Source: Gemmatimonadales bacterium (GTDB taxonomy: Bacteria > Gemmatimonadota > Gemmatimonadetes > Gemmatimonadales > GWC2-71-9). From it: DNA of 64,000 nt. Shown here one piece after another: positions 9,124-19,349 of the stretch. The DNA lies in the NCBI GenBank assembly GCA_039794085.1, contig JBDIWC010000020.1, positions 1-64,000 on the forward strand, read 5' to 3'. Position numbers and translations under genes: made by a program. Position 1 is the stretch's first letter; the number at the start of each line of letters is the position of its first letter. Below the pieces are notes generated by a model. That model made no database searches and was not told the origin of the DNA. It saw nothing but the letters and a program-made list of their open reading frames with translations.

Positions 9124-9855
9124 TCAGCCCGCCGGCTCGCCCGCGGCCACCGCCAGAGCGTCGGAGAGGGTCATCCGGTTCTCATAGAGTGCGCGTCCGA
9201 TGATGACCCCGGCCAGGGTGGTGTCGGCCACGCGCCGCACGTCGTCGAGGGACGAGACCCCCCCGCTCAGGATGACCAGGGCGCCGGTTTCCTGCAGAGC
9301 CCGGGCCCCGTCCAGGTCGGGACCGGTCAGCATGCCGTCCCGGCCGATATCGGTGTAGATGAGAGTCCGAACTCCCTGGTCCACGACTCGCCGGGCCACA
9401 TCCACCGCCTGCTCCGCGCTGGTCTCGGTCCATCCGTGATGGGCCACCTTGCCGTTCCGGGTGTCGAGGGCCACGGCCACCCGGGCCACCCCACCCGCCA
9501 TCAGCGCCTCCTCCACGAGGCCGGGACGTTCGATGGCTGCCGTCCCCAGAACGAGGCGGGTCACCATCGTGTCGAGGCCCCGGCGAATCTGGTCGGCCGT
9601 GCGGAATCCCCCGCCGATCTGAATCTGCACATGGCTCCCCACCCGGGCCATGATCCGGTCGACGAGGGCGATGTTGTCTCCGTCGCCGAAGGCGCGGTCG
9701 AGATCGACGATGTGGATCCACCGGGCGCCCTGCCACACGAACCGCTCCGCGAGCGCCACCGGGTCGGGATGATAGATGGTCTCGGTGTCGGCGTCACCGC
9801 CACTCAGGCGGACGGCCTTGCCGTTCCGGATGTCAATGGCAGGATAGATGTCCAC
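9124..9855 (-). CDS. hisA: ProFAR isomerase (histidine biosynthesis)
   Basis: YPAIDIRNGKAVRL, HIVDLD, IQIGGGFR, TDIGRDGMLTG, SGGV, GRALY. Confidence 0.93.
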   Translation of the reverse strand: MDIYPAIDIRNGKAVRLSGGDADTETIYHPDPVALAERFVWQGARWIHIVDLDRAFGDGDNIALVDRIMARVGSHVQIQIGGGFRTADQIRRGLDTMVTRLVLGTAAIERPGLVEEALMAGGVARVAVALDTRNGKVAHHGWTETSAEQAVDVARRVVDQGVRTLIYTDIGRDGMLTGPDLDGARALQETGALVILSGGVSSLDDVRRVADTTLAGVIIGRALYENRMTLSDALAVAAGEPAG

Positions 9856-9881
9856 GGGGCGTCCAGGCAGACCGGGTCGAA

Positions 9882-11147
9882 TCAGTCGGCGAAACTCGGC
9901 GGCGGACCCGGTACCCGGATCCCGCGCAGGAGGGCCTGGAGGCGATCGCGCTCCGCGAAGAAGGCGGGGCGCAGCTCGGATTCGAGCGGGGCCCCGTGAT
10001 TGAGGAGAACGCGCCGGGAGTCCTGCGCCACTCCGTTGACCCGGAACTCGTAGTGCAGATGGGGTGCCGACGCGAGGCCGGTGGCGCCCACATACCCGAT
10101 CACCTCGCCCTGTTGGACCACCGATCCGACCCGGATCCCTCGCGCAAAGCCCCGCAGGTGCGCGTAGCGCGTGGTAATCCCGTTCCGGTGACGCACTTCC
10201 ACCAGGTTCCCATAGCCACCCGACCGCCCGGCCGTCACCACGCGCCCGTCCCCGGCGGCCATCACCGGCGTCCCCGCACTGGCGCTGTAATCGGTCCCCT
10301 CGTGACGACGGCGGATCTTGAGGATGGGATGAAACCGGGCCCGGCTGAAGTTGGAGGAAATCCGGCGGAACTCCAGCGGTGCCCGGAGGAAGGCCCGCCG
10401 CAGCGACTCCGCGTCGTCATCGTAGAAGCCGAGGCGGCCCTGCGCATCCCGGTACGCCCAGGCGGAGAGCCGTTTGCCGCTCGCCTGCATCTCTCCCGCC
10501 AGCACGCGGCCGAACCGAACCTCCCCCTCCTCCGACACCAGACGCTCGATCAGCACGGTGAGGGAATCCCCCGGCTGAATGTCCCGTGAGAAATCGAGGT
10601 TCCAGGCGTAGATGTCGGCCACGGCCCAGGCGAGCTGTGTCCGCGCCCCGGTATCCAGCATCGAATCGGGCACCGCCGCGTCGAGCGCGGTGTAGAGGCT
10701 CTGGTGGATCGAGGCTCCCAGGCGGATCACCTCGGGACTCCAGCGCACCGCCTCCCGCACCCCTGTCCACCCCGTGCTGGCCCGGTGGAGGCGGATCCGT
10801 TCCTCCGGCCCGGTTCGCACCGTCACTCCCACCGGGAGCGAATCGTGGGGGTGGCGGAGGAAGCTGAACACGAGACCCGCGCGCATCCGCCGGGGATCCC
10901 ACCCGATGGAGCGGGCGAGCTGGCCGAGTTCAAACCCGGCGACGCCCTGCCGGGCAAAGAGATCGGAAATGGTCTCCCCGCGGCGCAACGTATCCAGAAT
11001 CGGCTCCGGAGTGGGGTCGGCCGAGGGGAGGGTGAGGGAGGGAGTGGACGGCACGTATCGCGTCCAGGGCCAGTTCCCCCGCACGGCGAAGACCCACGCG
11101 GCGAGCACCACCGCAGCCGACCCGGCCAACAGAAGTCGCCGCATCAA
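9882..11147 (-). CDS. M23 family peptidoglycan DD-endopeptidase (MepM-like)
   Basis: HEGTD and HLHYE Zn motifs, YAHL, N-terminal TM. Confidence 0.92.
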   Translation of the reverse strand: MMRRLLLAGSAAVVLAAWVFAVRGNWPWTRYVPSTPSLTLPSADPTPEPILDTLRRGETISDLFARQGVAGFELGQLARSIGWDPRRMRAGLVFSFLRHPHDSLPVGVTVRTGPEERIRLHRASTGWTGVREAVRWSPEVIRLGASIHQSLYTALDAAVPDSMLDTGARTQLAWAVADIYAWNLDFSRDIQPGDSLTVLIERLVSEEGEVRFGRVLAGEMQASGKRLSAWAYRDAQGRLGFYDDDAESLRRAFLRAPLEFRRISSNFSRARFHPILKIRRRHEGTDYSASAGTPVMAAGDGRVVTAGRSGGYGNLVEVRHRNGITTRYAHLRGFARGIRVGSVVQQGEVIGYVGATGLASAPHLHYEFRVNGVAQDSRRVLLNHGAPLESELRPAFFAERDRLQALLRGIRVPGPPPSFAD

Positions 11148-12322
11148 TCCATCTGCCGACGGATGAAGGTGGGAATCTCCATGTCGGACACGTCGGCCGC
11201 CGGGGTGGTGCGCCCCGCAGGCCGAGGGGCTGGCGCCGCGGGGGACGTTCGCGCGGGCACCGGGGAGGCGGGCGCGGGGGTCGCGGCGTGGGGCGGACGA
11301 CGGGAATTGATGGGGAGCACGCCCGGCGCCGAGACCGGTCGCACGATCGGTTCCCCCGTCACCGCCCGGTCGAAACCCGTGGCAATGACCGTGACCCGCA
11401 CCTCACCCTCCATCGCCGGGTCGTACCCGGTGCCGAAGATGATCTCGGCGTCGTCGCCGGCGGCGTCGTGGATGATGTCGCTGATCTGGGTGACTTCATC
11501 GAGCGAGATGTCGCCGGATCCGATGATGTTGATCAGCACTCCGGTGGCGCCGGCGATGGAGATGTTGTCGAGGAGGGGACTCGAAATGGCCTGCTGGGCC
11601 GCTTCGAGTGCCCGGGTTTCGCCCCGGCCGATGCCGGTTCCCATGAGGGCCGCTCCGCCATTCTGCATGATGGTCCGCACATCGGCAAAATCGACGTTGA
11701 TGAGCCCGGTGGAGGTCACGAGACTTGCGATGCCCTGGGTGGCATGGAGCAGGACCTCGTCGGCCTTCTTGAGGGCGTCCTGAAAGGGAATCCCCTTCCC
11801 CACCACCGCCAGCAACCGCTCGTTCGGCACCACGATCATGGTGTCCACGTTCCGTCGCATTTCGGCGATCCCCATCTCCGCCTGCTTCATCCGCTTGCGA
11901 CCTTCGAACAGGAACGGCTTGGTGACGATCCCCACGGTCAGGGCCCCCAGATCCCGGGCCACCTGGGCCACGATCGGCGCCGCGCCGGTTCCGGTGCCCC
12001 CCCCCATTCCGCAGGTCACGAAGACCAGATCGGAGTTCTGCAGGGTCTGAACCACTTCGTCGCGGTTCTCCTCGATGGCCTGGCGCCCGATCTCGGGCCG
12101 TGCCCCCGCGCCAAGACCACGGGTCAGCTTGCGGCCGATTTGAATCTTCACATCGGATTTCGAGGCGGTGAGCGCCTGGGCATCGGTGTTGACCGAGATG
12201 AACTCGACCCCGACCAGTCGCTCCTCGATCATCCGGTTGACCGCATTGCCCCCTCCCCCGCCGACCCCCACCACACGCATCCGGGCGCTCTGCGCATTGG
12301 CCTCTTCCAGTTCGAATCGCAT
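11144..12322 (-). CDS. ftsZ: Cell division protein FtsZ
   Basis: GGGTGTG tubulin signature, GGGGGNAVN, C-terminal EIPTFIR; GAGG RBS before ATG 12322. Confidence 0.98.
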   Translation of the reverse strand: MRFELEEANAQSARMRVVGVGGGGGNAVNRMIEERLVGVEFISVNTDAQALTASKSDVKIQIGRKLTRGLGAGARPEIGRQAIEENRDEVVQTLQNSDLVFVTCGMGGGTGTGAAPIVAQVARDLGALTVGIVTKPFLFEGRKRMKQAEMGIAEMRRNVDTMIVVPNERLLAVVGKGIPFQDALKKADEVLLHATQGIASLVTSTGLINVDFADVRTIMQNGGAALMGTGIGRGETRALEAAQQAISSPLLDNISIAGATGVLINIIGSGDISLDEVTQISDIIHDAAGDDAEIIFGTGYDPAMEGEVRVTVIATGFDRAVTGEPIVRPVSAPGVLPINSRRPPHAATPAPASPVPARTSPAAPAPRPAGRTTPAADVSDMEIPTFIRRQMD

Positions 12323-12387
12323 GCTCATGTCCTCGGATCCGGGAGTGTCGAATGCCTCACTCGGGGCAAAACCCCGGGTGCGGAAAC

Positions 12388-13641
12388 TCAGAAGAAATCC
12401 TGCAACCAGCGCTTGACCGGGCCCAACACTTTCTCCACGGCCGGGGACCGTCGGTTTCCGGCCCCGAACGCCCCCCCCAGAACCGCCTGCCTGGCCCCGT
12501 AGAGTGCAAGTCCCGCACCGACCGCCATCCGCGGGGTGTCGACGCTGTCCACCAGTCCCGCGAGGCCTTCGCCCGGCACGCCGCACCGGACCGGAAGGGC
12601 GAAGACCTCCCGGGCCAATTCCACGATTCCGGGGGTCTGGGCTCCCCCGCCGGTCAGAATGATGCCCGCAGGGAGCCGTTGCTGGTACCCCGCCCGCGAC
12701 AACTCGTCGGCGGCGAGTTCCAGGATCTCCTGGAGGCGCATTCGCATGATGTGCGCAAGAACCCGCCGCTGGGCATTCCGGGGGCCCTGTCCCGGCGTTC
12801 CCGTGAGATCGAAGGTGTCGCTCTCCGGGACCAGGGCCTCGTAGGCGGCCCCAAACCGGTGCTTGATCCGCTCCGCATCCTGCTGGGTGACCTGCAGGCC
12901 ATGGACGATGTCGTTGGTGACATGGGTGCCCGCGAACATCAGGGAGGCGCTGTGCCGGATTTTCCCGCCCTGGAACACCGACACGTGAGTGGATCCCCCG
13001 CCCAGTTCCACGAGAGCGCAGCCGAGGTCGCGCTCATCGGGGGTGGTCACCGCGATCGACGAGCCCAGCGGTTCGAGCACGAACTCTCCCACATGATAGC
13101 CCGCGCGCTCCACGCAGCGGCGCAGGTTCTGGATCGCGCTCGCCAGTACCGTGACGAGATAGACCTCGGCCTCGAGCCGCGAACCGGTCATTCCGATCGG
13201 ATCGGTGATGTCGGCCTGCTGATCCACGAGGTAATCCTGCGGAATCGCATGGAGGAGTTCATGGTCCCGGCCAAAGGAGACATTGCTCGCCACGTCGTTG
13301 ACCCGTGCCACATCGGCGGTCCGGATCTCGGACCCGGTGACGGACACGACGCCGTGACTGCTCCGCCCGGCCACATGTTCTCCGGCCACCCCGCAGTACA
13401 GGGTCCCGACCTCGACCCCGGCCATGAGCTGCGCATCCTTCAGCGCCTTGGTGACGGCGCGGGTGGTTTCCTCGATGTCCCGGACCACACCTCGCCGGAT
13501 GCCGCTGCTCCGCTCCAAACCCACGCCGAGGATCTTGACGCCGGCCTTCCGGACGTCACCGGTGACCTCCCCGATGACCGCGGCCACCTTGGTGGAACCC
13601 AGGTCGAGGGCCGCCACGAGGCGGGGGGACGAAAGACTCAT
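12388..13641 (-). CDS. ftsA: Cell division protein FtsA
   Basis: LDLGSTKV, ELGGGST, LTGGGA; C-terminal WLQDFF amphipathic helix. Confidence 0.97.
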   Translation of the reverse strand: MSLSSPRLVAALDLGSTKVAAVIGEVTGDVRKAGVKILGVGLERSSGIRRGVVRDIEETTRAVTKALKDAQLMAGVEVGTLYCGVAGEHVAGRSSHGVVSVTGSEIRTADVARVNDVASNVSFGRDHELLHAIPQDYLVDQQADITDPIGMTGSRLEAEVYLVTVLASAIQNLRRCVERAGYHVGEFVLEPLGSSIAVTTPDERDLGCALVELGGGSTHVSVFQGGKIRHSASLMFAGTHVTNDIVHGLQVTQQDAERIKHRFGAAYEALVPESDTFDLTGTPGQGPRNAQRRVLAHIMRMRLQEILELAADELSRAGYQQRLPAGIILTGGGAQTPGIVELAREVFALPVRCGVPGEGLAGLVDSVDTPRMAVGAGLALYGARQAVLGGAFGAGNRRSPAVEKVLGPVKRWLQDFF

Positions 13642-14318
13642 GTGGTGCGCCCCCTCACGATAACACGCCCGCTGTAGCGACAATCGATCTCCCGATAGTT
13701 CACGCCGCGGTCCGCGAGGTCGGTCGCCACCGCCCGCATCGCCTGCAACTCGGGAGGAGTCACCTCACGGCGCACCAGGATTCGCCGATCGGCCAGCTCC
13801 AGGGCCACTCCGAAGTCCACGGTTCGGGCCCCGAGCACCTCCTGGAACAGGGCCGGATCGGCGCTCTGGACCCGGGCCAGGGCCTCGGTGATGACCGGGT
13901 CCCCACGGACCACCGGCAGATCGGCCGGCACCCGGGTGGGGTCCCAGGGGAGGATCCGCCCGGCGGCATCCACCATCCGGAGGATTCCCTCGTTCATCAC
14001 GAAGGCCACCGGGTGGCGTTCCACCACGCGCACCCGGATCACACCGGGCAACCGGCGCGACACCGTCACCTGGTCGAATCCGGGCAGCGCGGCCGCGCGG
14101 CGCCGCAATGGCTCCAGGGGATCGAAGATGCTCATCCCCCGCGGAATATCGAGCGCACGGGCGATGAACTCGGCCTGGGCAAAGCGGGCGTTCACCAGCT
14201 CCACGCGGCGCACCCGGAAGAACTCGATCGACCGCAGACGCGGCAACCCGGCCTGCCACACGAGCACCAGCACCAGAACGGCGCCGAGGACCTTCCACCC
14301 CGGTTTCACACGGCGCAT
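13638..14318 (-). CDS. ftsQ: Cell division protein FtsQ/DivIB
   Basis: N-terminal TM, POTRA-like VSRRLPGVIRVRVVER, IDCRY; position between murC and ftsA. Confidence 0.88.
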   Translation of the reverse strand: MRRVKPGWKVLGAVLVLVLVWQAGLPRLRSIEFFRVRRVELVNARFAQAEFIARALDIPRGMSIFDPLEPLRRRAAALPGFDQVTVSRRLPGVIRVRVVERHPVAFVMNEGILRMVDAAGRILPWDPTRVPADLPVVRGDPVITEALARVQSADPALFQEVLGARTVDFGVALELADRRILVRREVTPPELQAMRAVATDLADRGVNYREIDCRYSGRVIVRGRTT

Positions 14319-15709
14319 GGCGGGCCTCCCTTCCGCGATCCCGCCAGCACGGACACCAGGCGCCGGCCGAGATGGGTGATGTCCCCTGCCCCGAGGGTGC
14401 AGACCACGTCGCCGGGGGCAAGCGTCTCGCGGACCGCATCCCGGGCCTGATCGAGGGTGGCCACGAAACGGACCCGTCCGCCCGCTCTCTCCGCGGCCCC
14501 GGCCACGAGCCGTCCATCCACCCCGGCGATCGGAGCCTCACGGGCGGCATAGACATCGGTCACAATCGCCAGGTCGGCGCCGGCGGCGAGGGCTTCTCCC
14601 ATCGCTTCACCCAGGCGCTGGGTCCGGCTGTAGAGATGAGGCTGGAAAACCACGACGAGCCGCCGGTCGGGGAACCGCTGGCGGAGAGCCCCGAGGGTGG
14701 CCGAGATCTCGGCTGGATGATGGGCGTAGTCATCCACCACCGTCACGCCCGCCACCTCCCCCACCACCTCGAAGCGACGACCGACGCCGGTGAAATCTTC
14801 CAGGGCGTGGGCCGCCTCGGCGAGACCCTCACCACCCGTGACCGCGCTGACAACGCCCAGGGCTCCCACCGCATTGCGGAGGTTGTGCTCTCCCGGAACC
14901 CGGAGACGGAGCGGGAGGGAGAGGCCCTCGGGAAAGGTGACCGTGGCCGTGGTCACCTCGGGCCCGAATCGTGCCTCGTGCCATCCCAGCGGGGCTCCCG
15001 GCCCGAATCGCACGATCCGGGGCCCCAGGGCACGGGCCACCGACTCGGTGCGCTCCCCCGCCGTCCCGACGAGGACGCACTCGGCCCCGGACGCAAAGGT
15101 CACGAAGGCACCTTCCAGTGCCTCGGGCGAACCGTAGCATTCGAGATGATCCACATCCACGTTCGTGATGACCGCCACTGAAGGAGAGAGCGCCAGGAAG
15201 GCCCGATCATATTCGTCGGCCTCGACCACGTACCACTCCGATGCTCCGGAACGCGCATTGCCACCCCAGGCACCGACAAACCCTCCTGCCAGAGCCGTGG
15301 GCCTCCGGCCTGCCGCCTCGAGGGCCAGCGTGGCCATGACCGTCGTGGTCGTCTTGCCGTGAGTTCCCGCGACTCCGACGGTTCGGCCCCCCGCCACGAG
15401 CCCGGCGAGGGCCTCCTTCCGCCGGATCACCGGAAGTCCCAGGGCACGCGCCCGTTGCAGTTCCGGGTTGTCGTCCCCCACGGCCGCGCTCACCACCACG
15501 GCGCGTGCCCCGTCCACCCACGCGGGATCATGGCCCCCATGTACCACCGCCCCTTGCGCCCGGAGATGCTCAACCGATGAAGGATCCCGGTCCGACCCGG
15601 AAACCCGGACTCCCCGGGCCAGGGCCACCCCGGCCAGGGCACTCATGCCCGCTCCCGCTATCCCCACGAAGTGCAAGGGTCTCGGGTCATCCGGGAGAAA
15701 GAGGTTCAT
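14306..15709 (-). CDS. murC: UDP-N-acetylmuramate--L-alanine ligase
   Basis: GIAGAGMSALA, GTHGKTTT, EADEYD, DDYAHHP, FQPHLYSRT. Confidence 0.97.
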   Translation of the reverse strand: MNLFLPDDPRPLHFVGIAGAGMSALAGVALARGVRVSGSDRDPSSVEHLRAQGAVVHGGHDPAWVDGARAVVVSAAVGDDNPELQRARALGLPVIRRKEALAGLVAGGRTVGVAGTHGKTTTTVMATLALEAAGRRPTALAGGFVGAWGGNARSGASEWYVVEADEYDRAFLALSPSVAVITNVDVDHLECYGSPEALEGAFVTFASGAECVLVGTAGERTESVARALGPRIVRFGPGAPLGWHEARFGPEVTTATVTFPEGLSLPLRLRVPGEHNLRNAVGALGVVSAVTGGEGLAEAAHALEDFTGVGRRFEVVGEVAGVTVVDDYAHHPAEISATLGALRQRFPDRRLVVVFQPHLYSRTQRLGEAMGEALAAGADLAIVTDVYAAREAPIAGVDGRLVAGAAERAGGRVRFVATLDQARDAVRETLAPGDVVCTLGAGDITHLGRRLVSVLAGSRKGGPPCAV

Positions 15710-15722
15710 GGGCAGTGGACTC

Positions 15723-15750
15723 AATGTAAAATCATTCTTGAACTTGGCAA
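15723..15750 (-). promoter_or_regulatory. Putative sigma70-type promoter upstream of murC
   Basis: TTGCCA-N16-TACATT in an AT-rich murG-murC gap. Confidence 0.45.
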
Positions 15751-15760
15751 AGAGCCAGGG

Positions 15761-16861
15761 TCAAGACAACAGGTCGTCCAGATGTCCGAGAATCGTACGG
15801 GCCGCCTCGGGACGCCCCCGGAGGCGGGCCTGGGCCGCGCAAGTCGCACGCCGTTTCGGATCGGTGATGAGCAGGTCGATTTCGTGCCCGAGACGCAGAG
15901 GAGTGAGGGCCCCCTGCGGCAGAAAGACCCCGGCCCCCGCATTCGCCACCACACGGGCATTGGGAGTTTGATGGTCCCCGGCCGCGGTCGGCAGCGGAAT
16001 CAGGATTGCCGGCACCCCCCAGGCCATGGCCTCGGCGACGGTCATCATCCCGGCACGGCTGACAACCAGGTCGGCGACCGACCACCCATCCGCCATGGGG
16101 TCGAGAAAATCGAAGACCTGGACAGAGGGAGGCCGGTGCCACCGGATCCACTCGGGGTGGGTGGCCCGGCCGGTCACCCAGAGCACGATTCGCCCCTCTC
16201 CCCCACCCGCGTCGAGCCACCCGGCCACAGCCCGGTTGATGGCCTGTGCTCCCTGGCTCCCCCCCGTGACCAGGACCACCGGCCGGTCATCGCCGATCCC
16301 GAACCGCTCCCGAGCGACGGGGCGCCGGCCGGGGTCCGGAGGAAGGACAGGGTTCCCCGTATCGAGGACCCTGGTCTCCCTCCCGGGCCGGAGGAGATCC
16401 CGGGCCTCGGGAACACCGAGGTACACGTGGCGCACCTGCCGGGCGAGGAGGCGGGTGGCCAGCCCGGGAGCGGCATTCTGTTCCTGCACCGCAGTGGGGA
16501 TGTGGCGCCGGCTCGCCCGCCACACGACCGGGCCGGAGGCATACCCCCCGGTTCCGATCACGAGGTCGGGGCGCACGTCATCGAGCAGCCGTTCGACCTG
16601 GCGCAGGAGACGGGGAAGAAGTGTCACCCATCGGGCATTGCGCCACCACTGCCGCCGATAGAGCGGCTCGAAGGGAAGGAGAGTGAAGGGGAAGTCCCGC
16701 TGCGGGAGAATCATCTGTTCCACTCCCCGCCGGGCACCGACCAGGTGCACGGTCCAGCCCGGGCGATCGCGCCGGATCGTCTCCGCCAGGGCGAGGGCCG
16801 GCATGAGGTGTCCGCCGGTTCCTCCTCCGGCAATCAGGATCGCAGGAGCCGGGGAAGTCAT
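15761..16861 (-). CDS. murG: Lipid II GlcNAc transferase MurG
   Basis: GGGTGGH, GTGGY, EQNA, GGSQGA, SRAG; ATGA overlap with ftsW. Confidence 0.97.
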   Translation of the reverse strand: MTSPAPAILIAGGGTGGHLMPALALAETIRRDRPGWTVHLVGARRGVEQMILPQRDFPFTLLPFEPLYRRQWWRNARWVTLLPRLLRQVERLLDDVRPDLVIGTGGYASGPVVWRASRRHIPTAVQEQNAAPGLATRLLARQVRHVYLGVPEARDLLRPGRETRVLDTGNPVLPPDPGRRPVARERFGIGDDRPVVLVTGGSQGAQAINRAVAGWLDAGGGEGRIVLWVTGRATHPEWIRWHRPPSVQVFDFLDPMADGWSVADLVVSRAGMMTVAEAMAWGVPAILIPLPTAAGDHQTPNARVVANAGAGVFLPQGALTPLRLGHEIDLLITDPKRRATCAAQARLRGRPEAARTILGHLDDLLS

Positions 16862-17991
16862 CGGGAGGAGGTCGGAGGTCGCCCGCGGGCCCGGCCCACG
16901 CTGAGCAGCACGCCGGTGGTCAGAAGACTCATCATGAGGCTGGAGCGACCGTAGGACATGAAGGGGAGGGTCAACCCCGTGGCGGGCATCACGCCGAGCG
17001 TCACGGCCACATGGAGGAGGGCGGTCACGCCGATGGCGGCGGTCAGCCCGGTGGCCAGAAACTGGCCGAAGGGATCCTCGATGGTCCGGGCGATCCGGAA
17101 TCCCATCCAGCAGAAGAGGCCGTACAACCCGAGTACGAGAACGACCCCCAGGAATCCCCACTCCTCCCCGATCGTGCTGAAGATGAAGTCGGAATAGGCA
17201 TACGGAAGGTGCCCCAGCTTGAGTTGGCCCTGGCCGAAGCCGGTGCCGAGAGCTCCCCCCGATCCGATGCCGATGAGCGACTGCTGCACCTGGGTGAGGT
17301 CGCCTTCGATGCCGGACCCCTGGTTGAGGAACGAGGTCCACCGTGCCAGGCGGTACTGGGCCTCGGCGATCTGCTGGAACACCAGCAGGACGGCCCCGGC
17401 ACCCAACAGGAGGAAGTGTCCGATCTTGGCTCCCGCCGTGAAGAGCACGAGCCCGCCGAGCATCGCCACCACCGTGGCCATGGAGAGATTCGGTTGAAGC
17501 AGGATCAGGAGGGACACGCTCCCGATGACCACCAGAAACGGGGCCACCCCACGCCGAAACCGGCGCACCCCGGCTCCCTTCTTCGCGGCGAGCATCGCGG
17601 CCCAGACGACGATCACGAACTTGGCCACCTCCGAGGGCTGGAAGGTGACGGGGCCGAGGGAAATCCACCGGCGGGCCCCGTTCGTCACGGGCGCGATCGC
17701 GGTGGTGAACGGGAGGACCGGGATGAGAAGGAGGAGGAGTGTGGCCACCAGGAGGGGCCAGGCCAGACGACGCCACACCCGATAGTCCGTCCGGGCGGCC
17801 ACCAGGAGGAGCACGCCCCCCGCGAGGGCCCCGGTTCCCTGGCGGACCGCGAACCCCAGTGCCCCGGTCTGGAAACTGGCCGCGCCGAAGAGACTCACGA
17901 TGCCAAACACGGTCAGGGTCGCGGTGACCACCAGGAGGAGCCGGGTTTCCCACCGGACATCGCCGGGGTGCTCGATGGTGCGGGACGTCAC
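16858..17991 (-). CDS. ftsW: SEDS peptidoglycan polymerase FtsW
   Basis: GARRWI, FQPSE, DFIFSTIGEEWG, LPFMSYG; multiple TMs. Confidence 0.96.
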   Translation of the reverse strand: MTSRTIEHPGDVRWETRLLLVVTATLTVFGIVSLFGAASFQTGALGFAVRQGTGALAGGVLLLVAARTDYRVWRRLAWPLLVATLLLLLIPVLPFTTAIAPVTNGARRWISLGPVTFQPSEVAKFVIVVWAAMLAAKKGAGVRRFRRGVAPFLVVIGSVSLLILLQPNLSMATVVAMLGGLVLFTAGAKIGHFLLLGAGAVLLVFQQIAEAQYRLARWTSFLNQGSGIEGDLTQVQQSLIGIGSGGALGTGFGQGQLKLGHLPYAYSDFIFSTIGEEWGFLGVVLVLGLYGLFCWMGFRIARTIEDPFGQFLATGLTAAIGVTALLHVAVTLGVMPATGLTLPFMSYGRSSLMMSLLTTGVLLSVGRARGRPPTSSR

Positions 17992-19349
17992 GGCGATCCA
18001 CCGGCGAGCGAGCGAAACGTTTCTCCCCGATCTTCGTAGTTGCGGAACATGTCGTAGCTCGAGCAGGCCGGAGAGAGCAGGACCGCGTCGCCGGGCTGAG
18101 CCAGGCGGGCGGCCTGAGCCATGACCTCGGGGAAGTCCCCCGCGGGCGTCACCGCCACCGCGTCCGCCAGATCCGAGAGGATGATGTCCCGGGCCTCACC
18201 ATAGGCCACCACCCCCCGGCAATGTTCCCTCAGGAGTGGCACAAGACCACGATAGGTTTCCCCTTTGTGGCGTCCTCCGAGCAGGAGGATGAAGGGACGG
18301 TCCATGGCCTGCACCGCCACCGTGGTCGAGGCGACGTTCGTCGCCTTGGAGTCGTTGATCCAGAGGACTCCCCCCGTTTCCCCCACGGGCTCGAGCCGGT
18401 GGGGCAAGGCCCGGAAGGAGCGGAGTCCCTCCGCGAGGAGGGGGAGATCGATCCCGGCCTGCTCCACGGTCAGGGCCGCCATCAGGGCGTTGGCCACGTT
18501 GTGCACGCCCAGGAGAGGAAGGGCCGCGCGCGCCAGGAGAGGAGCCGATCCGATCCGCAGCATGTGCTCACCCGCGTCGTACCATCCATCGGCTGGATCC
18601 TTCACCGACACCGAGCGATGGAGACCCCGGACACCCATCATCATATCCTTCACCGCGGCGTCATCGGCGTTCTGGACCCAGATGCTGTCGGCGTCCGCGT
18701 GCCGGAAGAGGAGCGCCTTGTCGGCATAGTAGGAGGCCACATCCGGGTAGCGGTCCAGGTGGTCGGGACTCAGGTTGGTGAGGACGCCGATGTCGGGGCG
18801 AAAGGCGGGAGCATCGTGCAACTGGAATGAGGAGAGCTCCACCGCGATCCACTCCGGCAGGACGGGCGCCAGCGCCACCTCCGAGAGGGGAGTCCCGATG
18901 TTCCCCGCCGCCACCGCCCGCACTCCCGCCGCCGTGAGCAGATGCGCGACCAGAGCTGTCGTCGTGGTCTTTCCGTTCGTCCCCGTGACACCCACGATCC
19001 GCACTTCGGGCGGGAGGGCATCGAACCCGAGATCGACCTCGGCCCGAATCTCGACTCCCGCTTTCCGGGCGGCTTTCACCGGGTCGGCGGCCGGGGGTAT
19101 CCCGGGGGACACGATGACCGCCCGGGCCCGGGCGATGCGATCGAGGTCGTGTCGGCCACATTCGATCGTCACGCCGGTCCCCTCCGCGGCGCGCACCTCG
19201 GGAGCCCCCCCCCGTGAGGAATCGAGGTCGGAGGCATACACCGCGATGCCATGGCGATGCAGCAGGCGCGTGGCGGCCACGCCACTCCGGCCGAGCCCCA
19301 ACACCGCCACCTCGGCCCCGTCACCGCCCCAGGTCGTGAAATGCGTCAT
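17988..19349 (-). CDS. murD: UDP-MurNAc-L-Ala--D-Glu ligase
   Basis: GLGRSG, GTNGKTTT, ELSSFQL, NDSKATN, LSPACSSYD. Confidence 0.97.
   Translation of the reverse strand: MTHFTTWGGDGAEVAVLGLGRSGVAATRLLHRHGIAVYASDLDSSRGGAPEVRAAEGTGVTIECGRHDLDRIARARAVIVSPGIPPAADPVKAARKAGVEIRAEVDLGFDALPPEVRIVGVTGTNGKTTTTALVAHLLTAAGVRAVAAGNIGTPLSEVALAPVLPEWIAVELSSFQLHDAPAFRPDIGVLTNLSPDHLDRYPDVASYYADKALLFRHADADSIWVQNADDAAVKDMMMGVRGLHRSVSVKDPADGWYDAGEHMLRIGSAPLLARAALPLLGVHNVANALMAALTVEQAGIDLPLLAEGLRSFRALPHRLEPVGETGGVLWINDSKATNVASTTVAVQAMDRPFILLLGGRHKGETYRGLVPLLREHCRGVVAYGEARDIILSDLADAVAVTPAGDFPEVMAQAARLAQPGDAVLLSPACSSYDMFRNYEDRGETFRSLAGGSP

Noticed and set aside
15761..18001. Apparent N-terminal fusions in the ORF track (746-aa MurG, 650-aa MurD, 739-aa DUF4388 protein, 634-aa TPR protein)
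   Set aside because: The extensions are alternate-frame readthrough over upstream genes or a tRNA; internal starts with overlap or RBS fit better
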